A stretch of 64,000 nucleotides of DNA from Cetorhinus maximus (GCF_964194155.1 NC_135881.1:133300001-133364000), one strand, 5' to 3'. Shown: positions 13,046-27,456, numbered from the stretch's first letter. The notes: generated from the sequence alone by a model not told the origin. Program-made: numbers and translations.

Positions 13046-14265
13046 CTGTAACAGGTAAACAGTGCGTTAAACTTTGATTGTGAGTGAGAGGAACATAATC
13101 TTTTCATGCGTTAATACACGCTTTGCTGTGAACGCATTCACAGGGGTGGGGAGAGGGGTGGTGGGGGGGGTAATTCTCCATAGCTCCTGATTTTCACGCA
13201 ACAGTTTTTTTCCAGGGGGTGCCCGGAGTACAGAATTGTTCGCTAAAGCATTTTCTTTTCTTTCATATTTTGCCTAGCCTTTGGAATAAAAGATGGCTGC
13301 CTCGATCGGGCACTGACTCTAATGTTAAATTGAAGCTGGAGTACTCTCATTTCAACGATATACTTCAAAGTTACAGATGAGCTTCCCGTAGCCAGGGGCT
13401 AGCTACATATTTTTTTTTTTAAAAAGAGAAATGATTTTGAAAGGTGAACAGTTCCACCATGTGTGCATTAAAGGCAGAAAATGGATGAAACGAAAGAGGG
13501 TTAAAAAATAAGTTTTATTTTACCTGAGGAGTTCAAAGTAAAAAAGGGCTGGGGAATGGGAAACTTGAAGTGTCTTTTTAAAAAATGCTGGGGAGCACAG
13601 ATCAGTTCCTTAAGGGAGGGGACTTAATTCTATAGTCATTCCGCGTTGCAAAACTCAACATGGAGCAGTCTTCAGAAGTAATATTACAGCATTAAGGCTG
13701 CGTCGATCAGACGTCCAGCTATAAAATGTGATTATTAAATAAAATACGGTCACCCGGCCCTGAAATAAGTTTTTATGATGGAAAGCTCTATGCTGGAGGT
13801 ATTGCAGCATTTATACAGCTGTTAAAAATGTCATTTTGCCACATTATGTTTTAAAGCGGTTACTTATGGAACTGAATACAACCTATAAATAGAGTTTTTG
13901 TGTCAACACGTGTGTTTTATAGAAATGTTGAGCTGTATTAATACACGCAAAGATCGCAAGCCGCCAAAAGCCAATTTTCAAAATTTTGCACCTAAGCACA
14001 TAAGTGATCAGATTTTTAACCCCAATCTCACTTTTTGAGGTGCTGGTGGAAGTATTTTAATGCAGCGATTGGCTGGAGTTATTTCACGGCCAATTTCAGA
14101 GCTGAACACGTGATCCTGTCATTTATATAAAAAAGTTTTGTTGGGAAATTACAGGCCATCCATAAACCCCCTTATATGCTTATAAAACAGCACATAAAAA
14201 TTTTAACAGCAGCGCGCGAGATCGCAAAACTTTCTCTCACAAGAGTGGGCACTGACTCTACCTAC

Positions 14266-14875
14266 TGGAGTTGCTGCTTTTCTCTTCATTGTTGCCGGAA
14301 GAGGACTCCGGGCTGCTGCTCCCGGGGCTCGTCTCTTTCTCCGCGGACACCCTGGAAGTCTCCGAACTTGAGGTTGCCGCAGACGGCACTTTATCTGGGC
14401 TCTTCTCCCCGCAGTACTCCGACTGCTGATTCTCACTGGAACCGTAGGCAGTCTCGAAAAACTGATCAAATCCTTGCGGCAGGACCCCGTTCCTGCCCAC
14501 CGGGTTGTAGAAGCTGGAAGACGCGTTGGAGCTGGGGTGGTAAACGCTAGCGCTATTTTTCATTAACATCTCGCCCATGGTGCTGGCAGGCAGGCATTCT
14601 CTGTGCATCAGCTCCTCTGCGGAATAGCAGTGGGGCAGATTGCCCCTGTGATGCCACTTATTGGAAGGATCGATGGCATAGTCTCTGAAGGTAACTTCTC
14701 GCACAGGTTGAACCTGGGGGATATTGGACGAGTAGGAGTATGTCATGGGGCGAGAAGCCGGTGTTTGGGGTAAAAAAGAAGGCAGGCTGGAGAAATCCGG
14801 ACCCGAGACATAATAGGTGCAGCTAGGCAAATAAAGATTAGAGCCACAAGAAACCCGCTCATCAAAATCCATCAT
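14266..14875 (-). CDS. HOXA11: Homeobox protein Hox-A11, exon 1
   Basis: [39 protein letters not shown]...[12 protein letters not shown]...[16 protein letters not shown]. Donor A|GTAGGT at 14266/14265; 610 nt, phase 1, joins exon 2 in frame (280 aa). Confidence 0.97.
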
Positions 14876-14879
14876 CGCT

Positions 14880-15110
14880 TGCTTGGGGTCCCCTAGCGCA
14901 AGAATAGCTTGCATTCGCACAGCTAAACATGGTCCTTAGATGCTGCTGCCTCTTTGAAGCTGATCCGCGGAGTAAAAATTTGGAAACGTAAGCTGACGTG
15001 GAAATGTATCTCCATACATCGCAGGGACAAGCTAGTCATGTGACCAGATGCCTGGAGAAATTGACATGCATCACTTTGGATTCCCCCCTCGCACCAGGAG
15101 CGCAAAGCTC
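14880..15110 (-). promoter_or_regulatory. HoxA11 5' UTR / proximal promoter
   Basis: TGACGTGG (CRE/E-box-like, ~14993) and GTCATGTGAC (E-box, ~15035) just upstream of the ATG. Confidence 0.45.
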
Positions 15111-18100
15111 TTTACATCTAAGCTCTGCACATTTCTAAAGAGGGAAATGAAAGCTCGAATAATACTGTGAAGGTGTTCAGCCTTCACACCAGAGACGCAT
15201 TTGGCACATTTACTTCACGTCGCTCCAATAAGCTGATTAGAAGCGAGGGTGGACGTGGAAAAAACACGTAACGATTTCCGCAGGGGAAATGTAGCAAAAA
15301 CTGTCTATTTCCCAGAAAGAGCGGTTGTTGACCTATTTCACATATATTGGTTCTGCCGGAATATCGTTCGGCGTTTTTTTAATGTGCAAATAATTCCCTC
15401 TTGTTTTCTCGTCCTTGCCATTTTAATGAAAGAAATATCCACAGTTCGCCTGCACAGAATTTGAGAAATCACTCATGAATAAAGACTAAGGCTCTATTAG
15501 AAATCTTACCGAAGTGTATAACGGTGAGCGTGCAACCTTTAAATGGCTAAATCATGCTTTATGCAAAATACTCTCCCTATCTTCTGTGAAAGAAGATGAG
15601 AGCAGACAATGATCCATAGACCACACAGAGGCATGGGGAAGCAAAGTTTGACCGTCTACAAGTTCGACATCAACCTACGCTTGTGTTTTTGTGAGTGTAT
15701 CCAAATCAATATTAGATCATTTCCCCTCTGCAAAATTGAAGCCGTGCAAATCTGCCAAAATATTTGAGGTGAGCAGGATTTTTTTCCTCCCTAAGAATGT
15801 TATTCTGCTTCTTGCTTGTCACAAGCGGGCATGGTCACGTTCAACTCCACCACATACAAACACTTCGCCCTCAGCCAAATTATATAAACCAGTTATCCGC
15901 TTAGGTGGATATCGAGGAATGTTAGCGTTAAAAAATCCAATGCGCAGCCCAATTTCACGTTTCAGACAGAATTGTTGTGAACACGTTGCTCCAAATCGAA
16001 CACTTGCCCTCATTGAAAACAAGTTTGGGATGAAGCAGCTAGACGTGAACAAAAGCGGATAAAAGGAATGCTGCTTTATTTGACATTGGCCTTTGGTGCA
16101 ATTTTCCATATTTCTATAAAGTGTCACCATGGACAAATATGCACCAGGCTCAGCTTTAGTGCATGTTGAGATGTTTTTTAATAGTTTTGGTTTAGCGAGT
16201 GTTATATTCATTGAAGAACAGCCAATAAATTGCATTTTATTTCGGTATACTATCTCCGTGCAACAATTTTTATGATTTAAATACACGCTACGAGCCTGAA
16301 AGCTATGCGATGAATCCTGATGTGTTGAAAAGAATGGGACTGTGGAAGAGAGCTGAAGTTAAACTTTGCCTTAGAATTTGTCACAAATTAGCTTTTTGCT
16401 GTTCCAAAAACAACTGCGCAGTGCCAAAACAAACAGGTTTCCTGGGAAAAAGGACCTTTGCCATAAACATTTGCCAGAAAGACCTTCTATTTAAATTAAA
16501 TTCCATGCAGTAAAAAAAACTCTGCACTTAGGGACCATATCACTAACAAGTTGACAATTTCATTTTGTTTTCCTAACTGTTTCGTTATGATAAATAGAGA
16601 CCAACGAGATGCAGTCTTCGAAATGCCTGCATCGAATATCTTATCCATTTTTCTAACCTGTTGTAACCGAATTCAAACGCTATAAAATAAGGCCAGCATA
16701 CAATACAACAATTTTAGATACTGAAATCACTAAGAATATTAATATAATTATATATAAGCACCATATTCGACAGTAAGGCTTTGGAATATCCATTATAAAG
16801 GTTATTCATGCAGTTCAACTATTCTTCATTACACTTACCTATAGAATTTACATTACATCACTAAATGGTTATTTAAACTCTCGTTAGAAAACAAATTTAT
16901 TTGTACTAAACAGACTGGTACAGGAAAGCCATAATATGCGAATCGCTGCAAATTTAAATGTTTAGGAATAAATCAAATAGTCTATTAGATTTTAAAACTC
17001 AACAGGATTGACTCGTAATCAGCAATTTCGCAATCTCCGTGTTCAAAATTATTTAAGTGCGATGTGGAATATGTTTAAAGGTTTAGGGTTTTTGAGTAGG
17101 AAGAAAATCCGAAAGTCGGTGGCACCATCTGTCGCTGTATGGATGGCCAAATTCCGACACATGTACAGTTGTCTTCATAATATAATGAAATACAGGACGC
17201 CTATGAGAACCGAAAGCGGGGGGTTTAGTTTGACCTGCGGTTTGAACAGCAGCTTTGACAAGCCGCTTCAGCAAGAACCCCGGAATAGGCATCATAGCTG
17301 ACCAGGGGTGAGCTGGAGACGCCACCTACATGGAATCCCTGACATTCCCAGCTAACATGAGCAATCAGGCGTCCTCAAAAAGAGACAAGGACTCGGCTTT
17401 GTCTGATAAAATCAGACTCAGTTTTAGAAGAGTAAGTTTTGAACTGTACACTGCGCCTCTTTGCAAGGCGCTGGACAAAATGCTCGTTTCTTGTCTCCTT
17501 CCCTCTCTCCGAGAAGGGAGGATTCTCCGTAACTGTATTGCTGTGTGTGTTTTAAAGCAGCTTGCCGATGATGTTTCAAAGGCAATAACAGAAGGGACGT
17601 TGCTGCTATTTAATAACCATCCAAACGAAAAGGGAAGCTGGCGATTGCGCTCCCGACTAAATAAAAGCCGATAAATGAGCCAGGGTCTGTCCACTACCTT
17701 ATTCGCTTCGCCATTTTCCATCCATCTGCATTTCCCAATTATCACCCCTCTATTCAAGGATCGCTTTTTTTTTGTAGTGACTTTCAAATACAGATTCTGG
17801 GTCAGATTGACTCATGTCGTCATTTTCAGCCTTTACTCGTATAGTTATTTCCAAGAATGTATTCATGTAAGACTAAAGAGATGGTTCCAGAAATGAAATA
17901 GACTTACCTTGTTGATGTAATATCAGGCATGCAGTGCGGGACATTCGGTTGATATTCGATGTGAATGAAATGTAATGTAAATACAGGAGTTTAAGGAGAT
18001 CAGTGAATTATTGCGGCGCAAGCTATTTTCCTGCAGGAGTCCAACTCAACGGGAGGGCTGAGACCCGGATGAAGCTGAATTTCTGCACACTGATGTGTAC

Positions 18101-21100
18101 TTCGAAGCTTTGCCGCAGTTATTGTCAGAAACGGAATCGGATTTAAAACTCTATTGTTAAAGTTTGAAAATAAAAACAAGCACCAAAATAAGATTGTGGT
18201 AAGAGAAAGTCTTCACTTGAGTTATTTGACAGCTTTGCGGTTTAAGGGCGCACAGCCCCTGCTTAACATTGAACTTCAACTCTGAAAAAATGCTGCACAA
18301 GTCTAAGAAATTTGCTTTTTAAAGGTGAGAGCTATATCGTGCGAAATGAAATTGAAGTCATAATGAGGATGGCTTAAATCAAATGTTCATCTGGAAAAAA
18401 AAGATAAACATTTCGACGAGCCCTGTCGACATTTGCAAAGTCGATCGTGTCATTAATTGTAATGTAATGAAGCAGTGAATTAAAATATAATTCGCCGTGC
18501 ATGGATTCATTCATTTTAAACTATCACTATCCACCGGCTAAAAGTTAATAACTATATTTGTAGCCAATAGATTTTTACTGTTACCCTAAAGGCAATCAAT
18601 ACGGCATGAAAACGGCCAGCCATATTGTCCTTTACAGATTTTTTGCAGGAAAATGTATTCGCATTAGTTCTTCAGTTCTTCCCACGAATTACATTGCACG
18701 TTACTTACCACCGTGCAAGTTAAGTCACATATGTCTTAATTGCCTGCAACCTCAAACGCCCTTAACTATCCTACACCCCAAGCCAATTTTCTAACATGGA
18801 ACTCATTACTGCACTATCACTTTTGGTAAAACGTTGCAAAGGAGAAAGGTATCTTCATGGACAAGAGAAAGTGGACTTTTCCTGACCAGGCTTCCACATA
18901 TAACATGAAAAATTCAACTGAAGTTATTGTTAGATAGTAGTTGCTGCCTGTTAACGGAACTCTTCCACATGGTTGTAATACTTCATCACAATTATTATTT
19001 CACAACATTCGCTGACTTTGAAATTGGCACAGCCCACTGCGAGCATTGAAACCTTCATGCATTTTCGGGGCAACATCATTCCACATTTGAAGTTAATGGT
19101 GTGAAATGGAATAAACTGAAAACTAAAATCCTTTCTTGGCGGCGGTGATTGTGGGGGTGGGGGTGGGGAGGGGAGTGCTGTTGTAGGAGTTCTGCAATGA
19201 TTTTATTTTTCCCCGATTGCCAAAAAAAAAAGTCATGAATCTCAGGCTCTGCAGATATTGGCCTCAGAAAAGTGCGTTTCTTTTAACGAAAATCCATCTG
19301 ATTTTCTGTGGGTGGTTGTTTTGTGCCTTGTTCAGTGACAAGGACAAGACAACGGTCCCTGTCGGCCATTTTCATGCCCTAGTGTCTCGGAAATTCCTCA
19401 GAAAGTTCATTCAAGAGAAACAACTTCAAGAAATGAGCACTATATTAATTTTTTTTTAAAAAACCGCCTTGAATTGATAAAGAACATTTATGTAAGGTTG
19501 AAAGAACATCCCAAGTAATAATAGGTACAGCCTCCAAGTGGGTCACACTTGAAGATAGAAACTGAGGCTGAATTGCATGGTTTTCTTCCATTGTTATTTC
19601 AGCTGAAGCACGGCAGATTTATTAAAATGATCCTGAAATAAGAGATTGTGCATAAAACACCGTGACCTACAGCTGGGCAAAATTAATATTTTAAACTTGT
19701 TTTTCTAATATTCTTTTTGTGTCCAATCAAAACCAGGATAGCACAGTAATAGTCTCGCAGGGGCACGCGCATTTAGTAAGGATTTGCAATGAAGGTAACA
19801 CGGTTTGTAAATAATAAGCGAGCATTTTACACCTTTGAGTAATTTGAGAGGATGTATCTGCCTGTATCTATCTATGTACCTATATTTATTTGTGCGTGCA
19901 TTCATGTGCGATTCGGAATGTATCACGTTTGTTATGGTAAATGTGTACTTCAATTCCGGATTCTTTTAAACTCCTGTATATTTCCCCAATAAAATTGTTG
20001 AAACTCTTTCGGGTATTTTATTATAAAGCTTGTTGCAATTATTTAAATCATTTCCGTAACCTGGAGCCCAAAATGTTAAGCTGCCCAATACGTCACGAAG
20101 AAAACTCTGAGCCGGCACCTTTTTAACACACTGTATGACAAAATAAATGAGACATTAATTAATACTGAGCCTTCCCCTCTGAATAATTTAGGCACAGTCT
20201 TCCGAATATCTGTCCTTTACTTTCAAATACACCCGAACAATGTTTCACTTCCCAGCATTTTTTGAGCCTATGGCGTGAGATTGTATTTTGAGCTAAACGT
20301 CCATTATCACTTTAATACGAAATGCTAATTTGAAGATAAATAGGGGGTTCATGTCGTGCTTTTGAACTTGGTGTGCAAGATAATCAGAAAAATGGAGCTG
20401 CCGCAGCCACTTTGCAGCTATGAGTTCAGCACTTTAATAGCGGGGTTCAAAACAACAGTTTGAACAAACCCAATCATAGGCCAATGGCAATTTTCAGCAG
20501 AATTTCCTTTCATGAAAACAAATAATAAAATAAGATTTTATGTTAGCAGGAGCCTCTCCTCTATTGCAATATGAGAGGCAGGCCAAGCAGTCGTGAACAT
20601 TGAAATAGCGAGAAGGGAAGCAGAGTTTCACTTGAACTGACCGGTTTTGAACTTGAAAGATCTTTACTTTGAACTTGGCTAGAGGAACTCAGCTTGGAAT
20701 TTCAGAACTATCTTCGTTAAAAAGCGCTGTACTCACCTCCAAATGTAGCAAAAGCTGAGACACGAGTGTACGAACTATTTTCCTGCACATTTCGAATAGA
20801 TTCTTCCAGCTTTCTAATCTTTAATCTTTCAAAACTGGTCGGTACTGAAAAATGCACAGGTGCTGGGGTTCCTAAAGCCTTTTTTTATCTTTCCAGTACC
20901 CAGTTGCCGTACCCATATGAACACAGAAGCGACAGTCTTCTAATTGCACCTAATCTTTGGCAGCTTAGCATATTCCAAACCGTGGTGTGATGCAGTTGTC
21001 TCCCAGATGAACATTCAGGACCCACACACGTAGCATACTAAACTTGCAAAGTGACAAAATGACTGAATCCCTTTCAATTGAAAGAACACATGGAATAACA

Positions 21101-24100
21101 ATGAAATACTGAATTCGTGTTCAATGTCAACACGAAAACTGACCGCGACTGTGTGTACCAGAGGGGACAGGGTGAACCGTGTTTTAATGAAAGCTACAAT
21201 TAATGAATTGCATACGCCCTCTTTCTGATGCTTTATTAATGAATTATGTAAATGACTTTGGATGACAGTGGTTCAGAATGCAGTTATATATTTTTCTGGT
21301 TGTGGGGCTCAACAAATGTTTTGAGGTCAATGGGCAAAGTTCAGATCACGATATGCTGCGTCGTTTTTTAAGAGTGTGTTTTCATACAACTGTGAACGAA
21401 TTTACCATTGGAACTTGTATTTAATCTGTTTACATCTGCCCAAGTAGAGACGCAGAGCTTAAGTTTTACTGCTAATTCAGTAACTATTTGAAACAAATCA
21501 CATTAACAAAGAAATGAAAACCATTCTCTGATATTGCATTCTGTATGCAGCTAAATAAATAAGATGTAGTAGTACAAATCTTCGAACGTGATTATACAAA
21601 ACATTTTGGCCTGTACTATTACGGCAAACCATTAAACAACAACGCTACACCACTGGAAAACTGAGTTATAACCATGCAAAAATATAGTTTAAGGTGATTG
21701 AAAATATTACACTTGGTCACAGAAATTAAATGTACTCCATTAAAGAACGAAAATATTTTTTTTTTGCTTTTGCGACATATAATCTTTAGTGCAAACACAG
21801 ACTTGGAGGTGCAAAACAGTACTGTTAAATGTAATGTTTTATTTTATGTCCAGCATAGAACGTCCGGTGAGTGGAACGGATGGACTTATAATTTTATGAA
21901 AATCTCGAGTTGTAGACCGTACACAATATGTTACGTTACATTAAAGGATATTTTTGGATGTGCGATATTATGGTATGTTATTATGCCCACATATTTACAC
22001 ATCTGCATAGTCATCTAGAATATACTTAACAGTGTTTGCAAATGCTCAAACTTTAGTTTTTTTTAAATCATTATCAGCATTAATAAAAGATTTCCACGAA
22101 TTGAAATATATTTCCCCGCGAAATGCAACAAAATCTATTAGACAATATTTTAATTATCCCTCGTGCTAGTTTGTAAACTTAGCACTAATTACTCAGATAA
22201 AAGTGAAACATTACATACCTAAAATGCCCTGCAGCATAACCTGCCCTAAATATTAGTTCAATTGTTATTAGCTTAATACCTTATATATGTGTGTTTATGT
22301 GAATATACAGAAATATACGTATATATAGCAATATAAAATAAAACCGCTTATTATATGTAACATATAAACATAGAATTTGCCCGTTTACTTTATATATAAA
22401 CACATATATTAAATAATATTCATATGCATCTATTAATATACACGTATAATATTAATATTCGTAAATATGCGTTGGCAGGTCGTCTGTGAATTCGATGTTT
22501 GAGGCTGCATTAATGGCCTTGCTTGTGTGCTACATATTTTCATGTTTTTTTAAAACAAAGCTCCATATCTGTGCTTTATTTTGGACACGTAAACGGTTCA
22601 GTAGGTCATGGATGCTATACGTGTTCCTATATCCCTAATTTCTGAAGGATTCCATTTTTCCGATCTATGTTGCCACCAATGTTTCGTCTAGTATATTCTA
22701 TTATTGTATTATAGGTATGTTCTATTCTACATGGGAAGAAAGCAAGGGTGCGTCCAAGCAGATTTGATTTAACTAGAATCAGGTATGTTACAAAAATATC
22801 ACTGCATTTATACAAGCAGGTCCGCCGCGGCGCAGGAGCGTTTGGTTACAAATTTTATAGTAAATTCAACAATTGCATAAGCTGCCTGGCGAAATTTTAT
22901 TTTAAAAATATAAACAGCCTTTTCAAAAAAGTATATGTACCCTTCTTTGGGGGCGGGGCCGGGGTAGTGGGTATAGTATTAAACATTCTCTTCAAGCTGT
23001 CTGTGGTTCATCGTTGAATTCAGGGCAGGCATTTTAGATAAATATTGTTTTGTAATGATTCATACTAATCATTAAATGCGCACTTCTTTGGTACTTATTA
23101 TTAAGAATATTACGTTTTGGGTACACTTATTGTATAATACGAAGTTAACACAAATACATAAACCGTGCTTTGTGGTGTTTATATACAGTTTCCTACACTG
23201 AATGATGTACGACCTCAGAATTGATAGCGTGGCTGCAGCCGCGTGAAAAAAAAGCAAAATAAATCAAATAAACTATTTTTTTTTAAGATGAATGAACCCA
23301 ACAACTGCAAATTGAACAATCACTCCAACTTAATGTAATAAAAACAAAGGCACATGGATGTGAATATTTGCATATTTTAAAGAAGTGGAGTTAAAACTAG
23401 CAAAATGAAATTCAAAACTACATTGAAGACATGTCCAGGTTTTCATCCGCCTTCGATTCTTGACAATGGCTTCTTTGTTTCTTTTTCTAATGTTCGCTAA
23501 TACATCAACAACTAATAGGCAATGCTATAATTATAGGCGATTCAGCGAATAAAGCCCTTAAAAGTTCGTTTAATAATGTTTTGTTTCATGTATTTCTCTC
23601 GCAATGTTATGCCTTGTGTGACATTCTAAAGTGACATGTGTGAGCTTCTCCGTGAGGACTACACAGGAGACCATTACCAAGGCTAATTGCGGCACAAATT
23701 CAATGATCCAAATGCATTATTGTTTTTACAATAAACTAGTTTAATCGCTCGTGTTCGCCACTGTACTCATAAAAGGTACATTTATTTACTGTAAATAGAA
23801 GTTCACAGTTCAGGATGAATGCATTGGCACAGAACGATCGACAGAATTGAAAGCTAAATGATTATGTTCTAGAGTGTCTGTTCCAATTGATTGCATTTCC
23901 TGCTTTGCTATGCTTATAAAGGTAACATTGGCAATATGATTCATTTTACTTGAACGGTTATCTTGCAATAAATTAATAGCAAGAAATGACTCGGATAATG
24001 TGAATGTGCCATTGACTGCTCGTTCTCATCTTTTTGCCTCTAGTTTATTTTACTTAAAGCCCAGGAACGGCAAAAGAAAACATGCTGAAAGAAGGCTCAG

Positions 24101-25585
24101 CACTTGATTAATTTCTTTGGAAAGCACTGATAATTTTCAATTCCATCTATAAAACCAATCAACAATGGATACTCTTAACTAATAAACACTGGCTAACTAT
24201 TTATTCTTCTACTTCCGTGTAAATAGAAATCTTACGATATACTTCAACTCGGTGCATCTAGAAAACAACGATATTGGATCATTAGACCTGCCTTGATCAG
24301 AGAGAATGTGGGTGGTTCTCTGCAAGTACTTTCCAACAAATATTTCAACGGATTTTACAAGAGGGTGGCGTGATTGGTTCGAACACGTCATGTGATGAAT
24401 GAGAATTTTTTAATCCCACAACATTTTGACAAATCAGCTTTTATTTTTGCCACAGACATCTCTTGGTTTGCGGCTTGGGCTGCGTTAAGAAAGGACACAA
24501 GCGAAAATAAATGAATTGTTTTGGTCTGGGCATTACACATTTAACATTGATTAGAAAATAAGTGTGACAAAAACTCATTGTTTACATGAGCGACCCTGCT
24601 TAGGTTGGTCACAACTAGTAAGTGCAAGGAATACATTTCTACAATATCCACGTTAAAAACAGTACGATTCGCATGCCTATGAAATTTCTCTGTAATTATG
24701 TATTTTTAAATGAACATTTAAATAGCCACAATGTTTGGTTGGTGCAAAGATACAAATGCAGATAGACGTATGTTTCTGCTCTCCGCTGAAAATATATGGA
24801 ATTTCACTTTCAGTTATTCACAGGTTATATCTGAAATGATGTAGACTGCATACTTTAGAAATATCTAGGTACAATTCTTAAAATCTCGGGCTATTTCTAG
24901 CCAAATTCCATAATACCATTGACACGAAAAAAAGCTAAGCGACTGCTTTAGTTTTGTGAAATTCCATGTTAAAATATGCAACTATTTAATCGGGGGCTGT
25001 ATAGGAGTATGAACGTGAATTGATGAACCTGACCACCAGATTAGCAGAAGCAGATAGACGAGATGCAGATAAAGACAGAGAGATAGAGTGATGCTAGAGC
25101 GAATGTGGACAGACACGGCTGATCAAATATATATTTTAAACGCCATTAAAGTAAAACTATGCATTTCACAAATGTGACAGTAATCAACTTTATCCGATCA
25201 GTTTGGTTACTCTTTTGTTAGCTGTCTTACTGAGGCTGAGATTTAAACCCATCACGAAAATTAATTTACAAACCACGTTATCACTGCCCTTTATTTATAT
25301 TGATTGTACACCTTCGCGCTTGTCATCCAATACCAGAAGTTGGTGATTGTTTTTGATGATTTTATTATTTATATTAAGCGAATAATTCCCGACGAACCAT
25401 TGAAACAGGAACATTTTAAATAATTTCTCTGAGCGTTTCCACAATTTGGATAATGCGTAATTAATTGTAAGTATTACTGACCTACATCTGACGGTCCCAG
25501 TTCACCCTTTGCTCTTTTATTGTTGAAACAATTATGTTTGGTTGCTCGCTTGCTCAAAGCCCGTATAAAGGAATATCCGCAGATT

Positions 25586-25604
25586 TAACAGTAGATGGCG
25601 CACT
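25586..25604 (+). promoter_or_regulatory. CTCF-like motif between HoxA11 and HoxA13
   Basis: TAACAGTAGATGGCGCACT is a near-consensus CTCF core, just beyond the HoxA13 3' end where mammals have the 11|13 site. Confidence 0.65.
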
Positions 25605-26110
25605 TGCTCTACCAATGCACTTCATGACTATTCATGAGCTGTTAATAGTCAAGGTCAAAGACTATCTGTTTTCGTCAAGGTCAAGGTTTAAGCCCCCCTC
25701 CTAACGCCCTGCCTCCATATTAAAACCAAAGGGTTTCCAATATTTCCAATCAGAATATGGAGACTAATCCATTGCCTTTAAACTTTCAGCATATCCTAAT
25801 ACAAACTTAGGGATCCACTTCCAAAAAGCGGTTCTATCATAATTGTCGTGATACGTTTACTGGTTTCGATTAAAAGCAGCAGGGAATATTCTCGGATGCC
25901 TTTAGCTCTTAGCAATTTTTTGATTATTTCTAAAACTTTAGTACAAAAGCATGATTTCAAAGTATTTTAAACGTCTAAACCAATGGCCTGGTTAACATTA
26001 AGAATAAATCTAGCTGGCCCATACTTATTCCTTTACATTTTGTTTCAAAAACTGTTAGCTGGCGTCATGTTCCTTAACAAAAAATTCGACGCTGTTGTTT
26101 ATGAACATCT

Positions 26111-26116
26111 TTTATT
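26111..26116 (-). terminator. Candidate HoxA13 polyadenylation signal (AATAAA)
   Basis: TTTATT on the plus strand about 1.1 kb past the stop codon. Other hexamers exist, so the choice is not unique. Confidence 0.4.
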
Positions 26117-27211
26117 CGTGAAATAATTTGTTGTAATGCAAGTAATTCACTAGATGTAAAAAGACAATAGGGTATACAAATTAAACAGCTGCATAATAAT
26201 AATGCAAGACATTTTAATTTCATGATTATCATTCGTGATTTATTTTGTTAACTATTATTGGTATATATTAACTAAGCAGGAGGTTGCATGCAGATATAAT
26301 AATGCAGTATTTAAAAAAAAATACAATTGCACGCAGATGTTATCACCTTTAGGAAGAAAGCTGTGCGCCTTAAGTCTGCGTGGAGGCTAATGCTATGTGA
26401 AGTGGATAATATAACAAGCAGACAGAAAATACTTAATATTTAGTTCATTTACACGGGAGAGGGTGGTTCCATGTTTGCAGACAGATCTTTCTTCCACTCT
26501 GTAGAAAATGGCAATCTACTCTGCTATTTAATTACGAAAGCGTGGATGCTCCTAAATATATACATAAGACGAAATGTAGAATGCTAGAATAGTACGTATT
26601 TACTTTCCCATATACATTGCTATTTAGAATATACTCTTCTTTCTACCTGTACATTAATATCTTTAAAGACAGCGCATCCCATCCAAAGAAAATGTAGTGC
26701 GTAAACATACATTTTATTATACATTTCACGATATATCCCATAGTTTACCTGAGGAAAAAAATTATCATGCACTCGAGCTTTGTGTTAACCAGAACCTTTT
26801 CCAGCAATACACATTTTCTTTAGGTGCTTAGATTACGTTAATGTGAAGGGACTACTTAAATCAAATGGGTACATTTATTCTTTTGGAGTGATCTATTTTG
26901 TATGCAGTAAACAATTAACCCCGCATGGTTTCTATTTCAAAACAGCAACCCTTTAGATTCTGGATTAACGGGTTTCATTTGCTTTTGGTGAACATTAGTT
27001 GTTTTGACAAAATCTTTATACAATGTCTCTCCGAGATATTTACTTGTGTGTTTCTGCCTTTTTTTTGTAAAAGAAAAAGCAACGAGCAGGCAGAAGGGGA
27101 AAAAAATCTAGCATCAAGAAAATGAGCTGTGGTGGGTTTTTTTCTTCAGGCTGAAGTCAGTTGTTCTTAATTTTTTTCAGATGAAGTCCGAACGTATCTG
27201 GAATTGTCGCA

Positions 27212-27456
27212 CTAGCTGTTACTTTTCAGTTTAGTAAGAACTTTCTTTTCTTTGACTCGTCTGTTTTGAAACCAAATAGTGACTTGTCTCTCAGAAAGGT
27301 TAGTTGATGCCGATATCCTCCTTCGTTTGTCCTTGGTGATGAATTTATTGGTGGCATATTCCCGCTCAAGTTCTTTCAACTGAACTTTGGTGTAAGGCAC
27401 TCTTTTCTTTCTCCCACGCCGAAAAGAGCTCGCATCGGAAGGATGCGAAACGACGT
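27212..27456 (-). CDS. HOXA13: Homeobox protein Hox-A13, exon 2 (homeodomain)
   Basis: Acceptor cttcacAG|AC at 27456. Reads [81 protein letters not shown]. Confidence 0.97.

Noticed and set aside
17876-17896. Plus-strand KRWFQK resembling WFQN, in the Hox12 position
   Set aside because: Wrong strand for the cluster, followed at once by a stop, no other homeodomain residues.
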